Source of the DNA: Ophelia neglecta
Lineage: Eukaryota
Length of the DNA: 64,000 nt
NCBI GenBank assembly: GCA_965285935.1
Contig: OZ260667.1
Coordinates: 27,590,001-27,654,000 of the forward strand
Direction of reading: 5' to 3'
In this document: one piece after another, positions 1 through 12,100 of the stretch
Layout: each line of letters opens with the position of its first letter
How positions within the stretch are numbered: position 1 is the first letter of the stretch
The notes under the pieces: model-generated
Told to the model about the DNA's origin: nothing
Databases searched by the model: none
What the model saw: the letters and a program-made list of their open reading frames with translations, nothing else
Program-made: the position numbers and the translations under genes

Positions 1-762
1 CCAATGCATAACGAGACAATTATGTGCCAGGTAAGGCTTATTAAATTTAAATATAACTAATTAGTGGCTGAACAAGATTGCGAGGCTACCTATACTTATT
101 CTTATACTCAAAATTTGCAACCTGAAAGTAATAACGTGACTGCGAATAAATTATTAATAATTGGTTAGAATCTTATTGTTGGCTCGGAAGCATGTCGGAT
201 TTACCTTCACACACATGAACATTTATTTCGGTATGAGTCACTGGGTATGTGTGGAGCAAACATATTTTTAAAGTTTATAAGGTAAGGCTTTATAATCCTG
301 TATACTGGAGGATAGCCATTAAGCTCGTTTTCGTATTCACTGTAATCAATCAGAAGCAGGTAAGTAACAATGGCTCACCCATATGGAACTGTTCAAAATG
401 GGGCTATGTTAACGGTAGGCAGTAAATTACCGAGTCTATAAAGTAGCCTATTACGGAGTCCAGCTTGTACAGTGACCGGAAGGCAGGCCGTACCCGCCCG
501 GTCTGTTTGAATATTGATGCCAAGCGTAGACATACCGACAGGCAGACGAGATACCCTCAAGTCAACACCCTGACAGTAATTGTCATGTCATAAAAAGCGT
601 TAATACGAGCGCCTGGATTAAGTGGACAAAACCCTTTGATGCTCAATAACCCCTCTACATATACTGACTACGTTATTAAAACTACCTAATGTGAACATGC
701 TCAAGATGTTGATATTATTTCAATGCTTATAAAATAATGCAATGAGCATATAATTACTTTAC

Positions 763-977
763 CTTCTTAAGCTAAAGCCGCGTCGATCACCACCGCTAGT
801 CATACGACGGACGCCATGAAGATCAAGGTCACGCGCATGCTCTTTCCAAACGGAAGTAGAACAGCAGCAACAGCAATACTCTTGTCGTCTGGCTGACCCG
901 CTGCTGCCACGTCTCTTCCGACATTTGGTACTCCCTGTCTGTATATGCACCTCTTCAGCATCCATGGCATCTTCCAT
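763..977 (-). CDS. N-terminal coding exon of a DEG/ENaC (ASIC/degenerin) family channel; gene continues beyond the left edge
   Basis: The ATG at 977 is in a good Kozak context (ACAATGG). Translation ...VWKEHARDLDLHGVRRMTSGGDRRGFSLR(R) matches the DEG/ENaC pre-TM1 pattern (ASIC1: [26 protein letters not shown]). It ends at a phase-2 donor AAG|GTAAAG at 763/762, inside the basic pair that precedes TM1. An acceptor ttttgtctgtggtctacag| at 1027 suggests the exon spans 763-1027. Confidence 0.7.
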
Positions 978-1577
978 TGTGAATATTTTTGAAAAAAAAG
1001 TACTAAGCTCGCGTGGGAAGTACTCTCCTGTAGACCACAGACAAAATTATATTATTCTATATCAAGAATCCGTTAAGTTTTGCGACTTACTGCAGGCCAA
1101 TTCGACAAGTTGACGGTCGGAGTCCCGTAGCTTTCTTGACTGTTCAACTGTGTTCAATGAATGAAAAACATGCTATGGTAGCAAATGACTGTGAGGCAAA
1201 TTTATCCACATAGATGAACTATTGTACAATCATAAGCATGTTACACCGATTGAAATATCTTGTGGGAAGGCTCGTTAGCAGGCTAATCACATCCCAGTTC
1301 ACAGACGACTGCTGCGTATTCCACACTTATCTGCAGGTATGTGATAGGCAGAAGCGTTGGTTTCAGAACGGTGAGTGGAGTGGTACTGATGACAGTGGTA
1401 GGCGGCAGATATACCCAGATAGCCACTTCGTCGCACGGCATTTCGGAGCCATACACTGTACCGGTTGAGGATGAAATATATAGGCTGTACGAATTCTGCT
1501 CCTTCAATAGTAAAATGCGGGAGTTCACCACCCTCGCCTTTCGGCGACACTTGTTAAAGATAATATAGTGTTCATAC

Positions 1578-1740
1578 CTGTCATATTACCAATTCACCTC
1601 CTTTCAATGCAATCGCGATAGTTCAATGCCATGAAATTGGTTTCTGCCACTAGAAGCTGCGGTTCTGAAGACCACACCTGGGCCGACGCAAGGCAGTTGG
1701 GTAGAGTCAAGCTAATTTACACGGCTAAGCTATGATTGGC
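1578..1740 (-). promoter_or_regulatory. Candidate upstream exon/promoter of the DEG/ENaC gene
   Basis: Donor CAG|GTATGA at 1578/1577 is preceded by AAT ATG ACA G, which splices in frame (phase 1) to the 1027 acceptor (MTGEYFPRELSTFFSKIFT-MEDAM). A minus-strand CCAAT box lies at about 1735. Confidence 0.3.
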
Positions 1741-2871
1741 TAATTTAGAGACCACTTGCCATTGAAGTTTTCCTGGAGGAAATTTTTATCCGATAGTTAT
1801 GACTTAAGGTTTCATAGTTCACGGCTGCGTATGTTACTAATCTGAAATGCTCACACCGTCAACCAGTCTTTCATCTGCAAACACTCGGAGGCAGCCAGTG
1901 AGGCCGTTAGCTTTGAGGCACAAGAGCGGCGATCGGCCCGACATGGGCTGAGTTGCCGCAGCCACCGAGATCGATGATCGCTTGCCGAGATCCGAGCACG
2001 GGATGGGGTGATGAGGCGGTTTGGACGCTTAGTCCTGCGCCACTGACACACGCCTTCGGATTCTCTTACAAAAGACTGATATATATATATATACCTTCTT
2101 TGTCGAAGAAACCAACACGTGCCTTTGCCTCTTTTTTTTATAGTAACATACGCTAACACTCTTATCTATGCGCTCGTATTAGCGCCAATTGTGGAATGCT
2201 TTGAATAGAAACATATGAGCGCCACCTCTATTGGTCTGCGCTTGTACAATTGAAACATTCTCCACACGATTCCATAATACAATATTGCAAAGAACCCGTG
2301 CGGTACAGCTGATTTCATTGACATCTCCAGGCAAAAGCCCTTGATATCTGCCATTTTATCGCCCATAAACTACGAAGTAACCTCCCGCCTCTATCAAAGC
2401 GTTATGAGTCGAGTCATTAAGTTGACGAACGCCTTCTATAACAATATGGTGCGACAAGAGACACAAGCATTGGCTGCCAAGGGATATACACAAGGAGGCG
2501 GAGAGACTATCTCATGTTCACTTTTACAGCCGGATATAAAGCCAGATAAGGGCAGTATCAGTTGGGTTCATCATTACAGACGGTGATAGTCATACATTAA
2601 TGCAAACGGTCATTAGTGCACAAGAAGAAGTCATTACTGAGTGCCCACTGAAGAAAAATATTAATGTATGATTGCCAAAATAAAGATGACCAAAAAATTG
2701 CTCCATTGATTTGATGTGTAACTCTCCAAAGTAATGTTATGGTAAGATCGGTCAGTTTACGAAACACTCCAACGTGCATAATATATATCATGTATATATC
2801 TTATACATAATAATAATATGAAAGGCAAAGAAAAGAATGCTCGAATTCTATGACTATTTTTCAACCCGGAT

Positions 2872-3120
2872 TACCGGCGACTCTAACCATTGTGCTACAT
2901 GTTTAGAGTCGCCGGTATCGCTGGGCTAGGTGAATGGTACCGCAAGGGTTGTGGGTTCGAGTCCCAGCCAAGTCACAACTACATTTGAAATTTCAAAAAA
3001 CCCAAAAAATTGAAATTGTCGCTAGGATTTCCGCTGTAGGTTTAAAAAGGCCTTTATGGCCCTGCCTATAATGAGAAAATATATTCTGCCTCAATTTCAA
3101 TATATATAAATAATAATGTT
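2872..3120 (+). mobile_element. tRNA-derived SINE with inverted 5' head
   Basis: B-box GGTTCGAGTCC at 2954-2964 (+). A-box TAGCACAATGG at 2887-2897 on the minus strand. AT-rich tail ending about 3120. Confidence 0.6.
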
Positions 3121-6100
3121 ATAGGCCTAGGTGCGTTCACCAACGGTGTAACACTTCAGTTTTCCTTTATAAGAAAGACCCCTTGTTATCGAATAAATCA
3201 GAAACTGATGTATAACTCTCATACTGCTGGCTGGCATAACTAATGGTCATGGTCAATGGAAACTCCTTGTAAGTATATATGTTTGTGAATCAGCAAATGG
3301 AAGTGTATTCCTTTGGGACGGAGGGACATACTTTATTTCAATAACAACAATCGTAAACATACGATGTTGAAGTAAAGAATTGAAATAAGCTACTCTGTAT
3401 GCCTCATGAAGTCTGTTCGCGGCATTTCTAAATCTGAAAAAAAGTGTAAAATATCATTGCAGCATTGAAGCAGCTGCCTGGCAACACAGGAGAATATAGT
3501 GGATGAGTTGGGACAATGAAAGGGTTTATAAAAGACATTGATAAGTATGCTGGGTGTAAACCAGCGCAGTCTGGAACATGGTAAGCGTACACATTATCAG
3601 GCGGCTCATGAAATGAGGAATACATATATCACATATATAGGGTAGCTGAGGCCGGAGAGCTGAGGAGGTGTACATGCAAGAGTGGTAGAAGGGCAGCAGC
3701 TGGTGGGAGCTATGTCCGCCTGGTCGATATGGGCACATTATCTCAATCTGCAGTAACGTCATAGCAACAAATCTCCCAGTGTTGGTTTTAAGTTTTTTTT
3801 CTGTTAAGAGAAATAGAGGTGATTACAGTTGGTGTTTATATCTCTATTTTTTGTTATAATGATTATGTAGGCTTGTATGAACACTCAAACAACGATAATT
3901 TAATTGTTCCGTGACGTTTTATCCCAGAACAAAGTAAACAGTTTTAATGTGAAAGACAACCGCCATAAAAAAACGAGTCTCCCGATGAAGGAAGGTGTCA
4001 CGTGCATTAGCGACCTTGACGAAGTCGGGGTATCCTACACACTTATGATTTCTCCTCAAACCCTAGCCCCCATTTCATTTCTGGTTAGACATGTAGTGGA
4101 GGTTTCATTTCCAGCTCGCCTTTCCCCAGATTTCGGTAACTTATGCAACTTCATTCCTAATCAACAACACCGCCTTCCTCGCCTGAGTCTGTGATGCGTT
4201 TGCAAGTTTAAACAGTACTCCCACTTTATACACAATCTATTTACACGTATGGTTACGCAAAGTTTTCACTGTGCACTTCACCCAAGTAATAGTTGAAAGA
4301 TTGTACGTAGACGATGATTTCTAGGCATGTTTCGGCACAGATAAGTCACAAAAAAGGTAATTGTTGAGATACTCCTTTTTGTTCTTCAAGTTGGATCATG
4401 AACTTTCAGTCTGCTTCAGAATAAAGTATTACCCAGGCATACCATACATTAGTTGCCATTGTAAAGTGTAGACAGGCAGACTACTTTTTGATGCGAAACG
4501 CATATTTCTTTTTTTTTAAACTGCATCTAAGAGCAAAATAAATTCACATGCGGATTCCTGAAACGAAAATAACATTTACCCTCGATTGCCCCCTAACCGA
4601 TCCTTATCGGAAGTACCCGAAGTTCACAGTGGTAATATCTGTTTCTTTTTGAAAAATCTTCACTGCTGGCTGAACAAAATAAGGGTCGGTTTGAAGCAAC
4701 GTTTTATTATATTAAGTTGGAATGGAGAATTTGGGTCACCGTGTGTCAGCAGTGTCTAATGGCATTCCTTAGAAGCACTCTTATGCGAACTAAATAACTA
4801 CAGAGTTCATGCCATGATTCACAGCGGGGCACAGCTTGGCCGGAACTTGGCATGCCAACGAGGCGACCCCGTGCTATATTGCCTGCCGGGTGCGATGGTA
4901 GAATTCAAAGACGAGATCCCGATGCCATGCTGACGGCCCACATGTGAATGTTCGAAGAGAGGTGCTTCACTGAGCCGAATGATAAAATTATGTACAGAAT
5001 ACCTGGCTAGCGTCGACTCAGCGTGAATTGCGCCATCAAGTTATTTTCATACCAAGTGCTGAGTTGAAATAAACGTAAAGCTTTTTAAAAGCCACGTGTA
5101 GACAACAAACCTCGTTTTAGAACCCATTTCAAAATAAACATTCTAGGCGCGCCTATTATAAATAACATAAAACAGCGGACGAATTAATTTAAGAATAAAC
5201 GGAACTATATATAATAACAGAATAGGTTGATTTACAATGATGGCTTCTTGTGCGACACGGGAATCCATTTCCTGTCATCGTGTGTATTTATTTCCATATT
5301 TCTTTTATTCTGCACGGTACCTGTCGATGCAAACACACCTCGGGGATGACGAGGGTTATTTGTATGCAGGAGGGTGTTCCCTTGAGGATCTCAACATATT
5401 TACTGGAAGCCTAAAGTCTCTGCCTGGGGAAGCATATCACTAATCATTGAAAGCCCTGTCAACAGAGGAGGATTTGCATATCGTGGCGACCAAGCAGTAC
5501 AGCTGACTTCGAGCTAGTTTCACTGACTAAGCCAGTACATATTCAATTGATTATAACGGATACAATAATCTTGTGCTTACGTTTACTAATCAATCATGAG
5601 TACTGCTAACCCTAAGCAGATTCATAAAAAGGATCATTCCCAAAACTAGAGGTTACCGTTTTACTTAATTCTTACTGTTCAGATTGCATACATAATAATC
5701 ATATTGATATAGGTTTTGTTTTCAAATAGCAGCCTTGCGAGTTTTGTTCTTGGTAAACTTATTGACTTGCCTAACGGTTTTTATTAAAACTACTTAGACC
5801 AAAGAGGGGTAGGAGTAAAAACCCCTCTGGTGATTGTCCCCGGGCAATGCACATCATTTTGACAAATGGGATCCACTATATCTAGGTTAGGCGCGATAAT
5901 AGAAGTGTTCACTTTTTCATTCCTACACGAGTCCTCTCTTCATTTTTGTTTTCAGATTTCACCTCACCAAAACATTCTCGAGTGTCATTCCATCAGTTCA
6001 ACTGAGAGGACCTACTGGGCGCCCTGATGTATTGACGATCCGATCGTACAGATGTGGGTTGGCCTAAACAAAGAAGTAGTGAGGGAACTGTTTACTGTCA

Positions 6101-9100
6101 CAAGATTAGATGATACGCAGTAGTTCCAACGCAAGTTGTTCATTAACGCGTAAACAAATACATACGTAAAATGTAATATCGATATAGGCCCATCCCTTTC
6201 GAAATTTTAATGGCTGGCCGTATCAGTGTTTATTTACAGGTTTTTAAAATGATGTTACTACTTGAGCAGTTGAGTTACAGCTAGATTCTTTTTGAACTAT
6301 ACTCTCATATCAAATTATATTTGTTATATTCTATCGAAAGATTGTCAAAAATACTTCAGAATTGCAGAAAAGTATGTTCCTAGATATAACAGCAATCCCA
6401 AAATGTCTACACACCAAGTTTAGCCAGCCACTGCCTGAGCAGGGTTCTTCTAGCGAATTGCTCAGATGTTCGTGATATTTAAAGTGTTTTCTTTTTAAAA
6501 ATACTTTATTATTCATCACACGACAAATTCCTACTAATAGCTCGCATCTGAACTGTTATCTGAACAAAGTTCCCCCCACCCCCAAACAAAAATCGATTCC
6601 GTACAATGCTGTAAGGGAATAAATGAAAAAAAGTATGACATGGTATTTGACTAATGCATTTTTCATTCATTGGATCTAGAAAAAAAGTGTCTGGGTGATC
6701 ATGTTTTGCAAATGTTTTTCTGTAAATACTGTACTTTTACAGTCATATTCTGAAATGTAATACAATTCAATTCAAGTTGTAACCACTTTCCAGTTTGAAG
6801 GACAATTTACGCGAAGCTGATTCTGCATGTTATACTTTTTTCTTTTTTCCAAACCCAATATCGATGCATCAGGGTCACATTCCATACACTCCGCAGGAAA
6901 TATCCGTTCAAGTTTTCAAACTGATATCACTAAACTGCTAAATAAGAAAGTGATTAAAAGCTTTAATTTTTGAATTGTCGAATCCCGTGTCTTTATGCTT
7001 TAATGTCTTTCAAAAACATGTTTAAGGATGTGAAGAATTTTATTAAAACAGAGGAATGAAGTTTATAAAAGAAATGCATGGCCAATCCGAAAAATTCTGA
7101 ACACCACATTCAGTTTTGACGTTTTTCAATAGGAGTCTACAGTAGTTTCCTCTGCCCCTTCAACATAATATTGCTCGTCTTTGTATATACATGCATACAT
7201 AACTAGGAGTTTAAAGATGAAAAGGCCTTGTTTTTCAACAACAAAAGCTTGTTGCCACGAACCTGCATTTTAACGATTAAATTAGATTTTTGTACGAAAA
7301 TAATCTTCAAAACAACAATTATCTACTGATGTGTCCCTTTTTGCCTTGGGACCACTTTCCATACAGTGTTCCGGTAGGCTCGGATTTTCCAGGCAATCCG
7401 TCCATCCTGTGTGGGAACGAATTCCTCTGTGAGAAGGGTTTCCTGAGTGCGAACTGATTTATGTGTAGTAAACGGGTTACACCTCAAGATTAGGCTGTAC
7501 AGTTTCTCTGAACATAATTATCTTAGATCAAGACTTGTATTCAGAACTATCAGCAGGTTCCAATCTTAACGTACTCCAAAAAGGCGTTCAGGCGATTCTC
7601 GAGTTCACCGGACTCAGTCAGCAAACAGCAGCCTTCTGCATACAGAAGCCTGCAAAAACTGAAACACACGGAGACTGAGATCGTCTCCAGGAATTAATTC
7701 CTTTAAACGTCCACCCATGTCATTCGTCAGATGAACAACAGAACGGTTTTGGGCTGAAGCATTGATCCTGCAGAAGTCCATGGCCAAGAGCATATGTGAA
7801 TCCATTGTAAGTCGTCACTCCGTTCAATTTACGTTTTGTTAAACATGATATGAGATATATGGGAAGTATGAGATTCACAGATACGAAAGCAATAGCCTAC
7901 GGTATGGTGTGTTAAGGCGTGGGTTAGGTTTAACTACCTTCATGAAATATCCCATCCTTAACACTAATCCCCGTCCCAAAACTAATCCATATAGAAAATT
8001 CGACCTGAAAATCATGATAACAATAAAACTAATGAGGAATTGGTCGATAGTATTTAAGCTGTTTATTAAGCTTTGTAAATGGAAACTTCTTGTCAAAAGT
8101 CAATATATTTAATGGATAAATTGTAATAAATAAATGCAGTGTGGGCGGATATTTCCGTCTGTTTTAGAAAAGTGCAACATAGAGATTGCTGAACATAAAG
8201 AATAGCTCTTTTGCCCAAATAATACTTTTAAATCAATAATATTGCCAATAATGACAAGATCTTAATGCTCCATCACTTTACAAAGATAAAATGATTGTGT
8301 CCGTTTTATGACTTCCGGTTGCAGGCGAGATTTTCTGACATGGGGACAGAAGAATGTGGGAAAATAAAAGGTTAAAGCACTTTTAGTAGTGACAACAAAT
8401 AAACCAACATGACATTGGTGTATATTAAAAAAGCGCATACACTCCTACGTGCGAAAGGTGTTTAATGAATTGGTCTACATGCTGACCTAAATGCACGCAA
8501 CAAAACATAGATCTCGAGGGATGATCTTGTGATCTCGGATATTTAATACACTGTAACGGTTTTATAAAGATCACGAACCCATGGAATAATAAATAGTATT
8601 ATCTAGAGACTGGGGGTAGCATTTGAGTGGCTTTATTAACAGGGCGGGGTAGAATCCTTTTTGAAGAATAATAGTTTCGTGGCCTTATTTGGAAAAACGA
8701 GAAAATTCAGAATAATTGTTACACTTAAAACAATATGCGTCTTTTGACTTTCAAGACAATGCCTATGTCAAAATTAAAGTCACAAAACTGCATTATCATA
8801 GCCACAAGAACAACTCAATTCCCGATGTAAAACGAGTTTCACGGGACTGATGGCCCGGCAGTCCTGACCAGTCTTCACCAACTGGAATTGACAACGTGAC
8901 CCGTTTTTCCACATTCTTGTTCCTTTATTGTAGAGTTAATGAGGCAATTATCACAGCTTACATATAACTGACGATCTAGATCTGACAAAAAGAAAAGAGA
9001 CACGAAGAAGTACATATACATGTCGGCTTTCCATAACAGTGACTTATATGACCGGATTGTCCCAAGTTTACATAGAGCATGTCGCGCAGACCGACATAAT

Positions 9101-12100
9101 TATGTCACCAATCACGGTCATTTCAATGATTTCAATAGTATGCATCCGTTGAGATTGACAAGAGACGAACCTATAACATCGAGAAGCCCCCCACCCTCCC
9201 ATTCATGCCAAAAAAAGTGCATTGTTAATAGTATCGCAAGTGGAGCGTAAATAGGAGGTTTTCTATCTGTCCCACAAAGATGTGCTTGTCTTCGGCGAGG
9301 CCAGGGGGTGTGAATGATAATTTGTCCCGACGGAGTAGGGACTCAGAAATCTCCAACAGAGCGGAGAGACTATCACACGCTCATTTTACACTAACCCCGC
9401 CACCGTCTATACAATGTCACAAGAAGGGATGTCTACCCTTTAGGTAAATAATCCCAGCCTAAATCCTAGATATGTTTCCCTTCAAATCATATACATAGCC
9501 CTGTATGAATTGGCTTAGTGCGAAGCGCTCGATAAAAAATTATATGACCTATGTGCTGATTACATTCTTTCCGGGCTTATGTCGTCTCGTTCTTTTATTA
9601 TAGATAGATGAAGATGAAATTACCTTGATGTGTATGTAAACGGAGCGGCTCATGCAAAAGCTCGAGGTACTGGCTGCATATACATTTTTAAGATGTATGC
9701 ATAATTGTCAAAATAAGTTGACAAGTACTATAATATAAGACATGATTTCATCACCCGATCTTTTGTACTACATGGAGCGCACTATCCACCGCGGTGACAA
9801 TACTCTTAAACCACCCAAAGGTGATTCCTGGAACGCATATGATAACGAGTAAAACACTGCTGAAACATAAATAAATGATGCTTACAAGCAAAGTAAAAAA
9901 ATGTATCAAGATATGGCAAAGGAAACAAGGCAAGATTTGACTAAAGTTCACTAAAGATTGCAGCTCGAGGCGTTACGCTGATAGGGGTTAGCTCCACACG
10001 GAGCTTTGGACGTTCCATAGTCGTCTACACCGTGATGTTTCTGTTTTTCCCCACTAACACGATTAAGATATAACAAAATTCTTCGCCTTTCCTCTTGAGC
10101 TCCTCTAATTGGTCACGTGCTTTGTATCAAGAGGCCTGGATTGGCCAGTAATTTGTTAACCGGTACAATAATTTTCATATGTAAGGGTTTGGAATTAGGC
10201 ATGGGATGTTGAAATTGCATGTACGACGCTTTGCAGAGGCGAAGCATTGTCCTCGGCTATATTCCCTAGTTGATAGGTGTTTAGGTTTTTGTTTCTACGC
10301 GGGTAGTTGTCAATGTGTGTGTATGAATGTGTGTGTAAACAAAAAGCTAAAAACATGACTCAATTTGGCCTTAAAAGTCTTTGTTAACAAAATAATTTAA
10401 TCAAAATTGATCTAAATATTTTTGCGTCAACTATCTTAACGGCACTGAAATGCTCTTATGTAGAAAATATAGAAAATGGTTCGTATTTATTTATCTTATA
10501 CGTCGAACAAATCAGTTCAGTCTCTACTGCCTTGCTGGAAAGTAGCAACGAATTCAAAAAGCCGTAAAAGAGCGCAATTCAACCGTTCAACCCATTACTA
10601 AACTGACATCAGGCATCAAAATCAGCAAAGACGCGACTCCCACATATGTCCAGTTTCCTTAAGAACAGAAGACAGCGAAATGCCTACCCCTCCCCCCCCC
10701 CCTCCATACGAACGTCACCGAACTCAAAATGAAAACACGAACATTGAGAATATCTTTGATGATGGTTCAATTACTCTTGGTACAAGATCCCATTATAAGA
10801 AGAGAAGCAGCTGTATTGGTGTTGGACAAGTTGTGAGGATATATAGCTGGCTTGCTTAGTAATAAGCTCGTATGTTTGTCTGTGATATTTTCCATCATAA
10901 CTTTTATTCCTCGCCTATATCCCTAACACCTACCTGACTTCTGTGATGTGAAGGAATGTCATTGTGGACCTAAATGTCAGCATTGAGCATTGTTTTAAAA
11001 CCAATGCTTCCTTAGTAACCATGCTTTTTTTGTGATATAGGATGGCCAAGTCTGTCAGGAGCGAATATTTCTTTCTGTACATTTTAATTATAGTTTTGAT
11101 TCAACACCCATCCCTTTTGCATTTGCAGAATATTTGCTCCAAATTATATCATACATCATGTATATTTCTTGTATGCTTACCGGGGAAGCATCCTGTTCTT
11201 GTGCTCGGTGGTGAGCTATTGCGAACATTACTGCAGGATTGTGGGTTCGTTTTTAGCTTATTATTCACTTGCTTCTGGTCTAAATTGTTCATAGTAGACC
11301 ACAATGCCACATTCTTCTCTCTCTAAAGCGAATATTTAGGTCAGCAAGGTCAGCTAAGATGTAAAACAGTCGAACAAAACATACATTTCTTTAAGTTAAT
11401 CGTTAAACGAGCTTAAACATATTTGCCGCATAAATCAAATGAATACTATTTTGGAAACAAGGCCACGTTTATTTCCTAATTGATGTGTTTCTATTCACGT
11501 TAATAGTACACTGACGTAAGCCGCTGCTATCATCCCTTAACACAAGCAATGCTAGTGGTCCCTCTCCTCCTAATCTCTTCACCGCCAGGCCTTTATGTCA
11601 ACCAAGCCGTTGATTGCAAGCACGTTTCATCAAAGATTTATCATTCAGGAACTATTAGCATTGAATTTTTTGTCCTATACATGTATTCAACTTTCTTTTA
11701 ATAGCTGCTATAGCTAACAGAGATTTGAACACTTAAATGTGCACAGCTATCTGGCTCGATTAAGACCTCCCTTGGGGACATCTTGTTCCGTAGTAAGGTG
11801 TGTGCGTTGGGGGGGGGGGCACGTATGGTCCTACACCACCGGGGCGGGGGGCACCTATGGGCACATACCATTGGCCCAGGTATATGAAGAGGGCGGGGAG
11901 AGGGCGAGGGGTGAATAAGGGTATTTTCCTATTAAGCAATGTTTAGAAAAAAAACAATGATCATAAGTTGATGTTTAAGTTAAGTTTCTAGATTGGCGAA
12001 ATGGTGTGCCGTGCGTGGTGAAATAGATTAAAACAGATTCACTTGGAAACAATGTGTGATTGAAAAGAGGCATGAGTGCCGTGAGGGAACAAAGTAGAAA

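Noticed and set aside
351-6060. Plus-strand splice-like sites (donors at about 360, 1337, 1371, 3581; acceptor at 5955) suggesting a divergent transcript
   Set aside because: No coherent reading frame or recognisable product; cannot be separated from chance matches.
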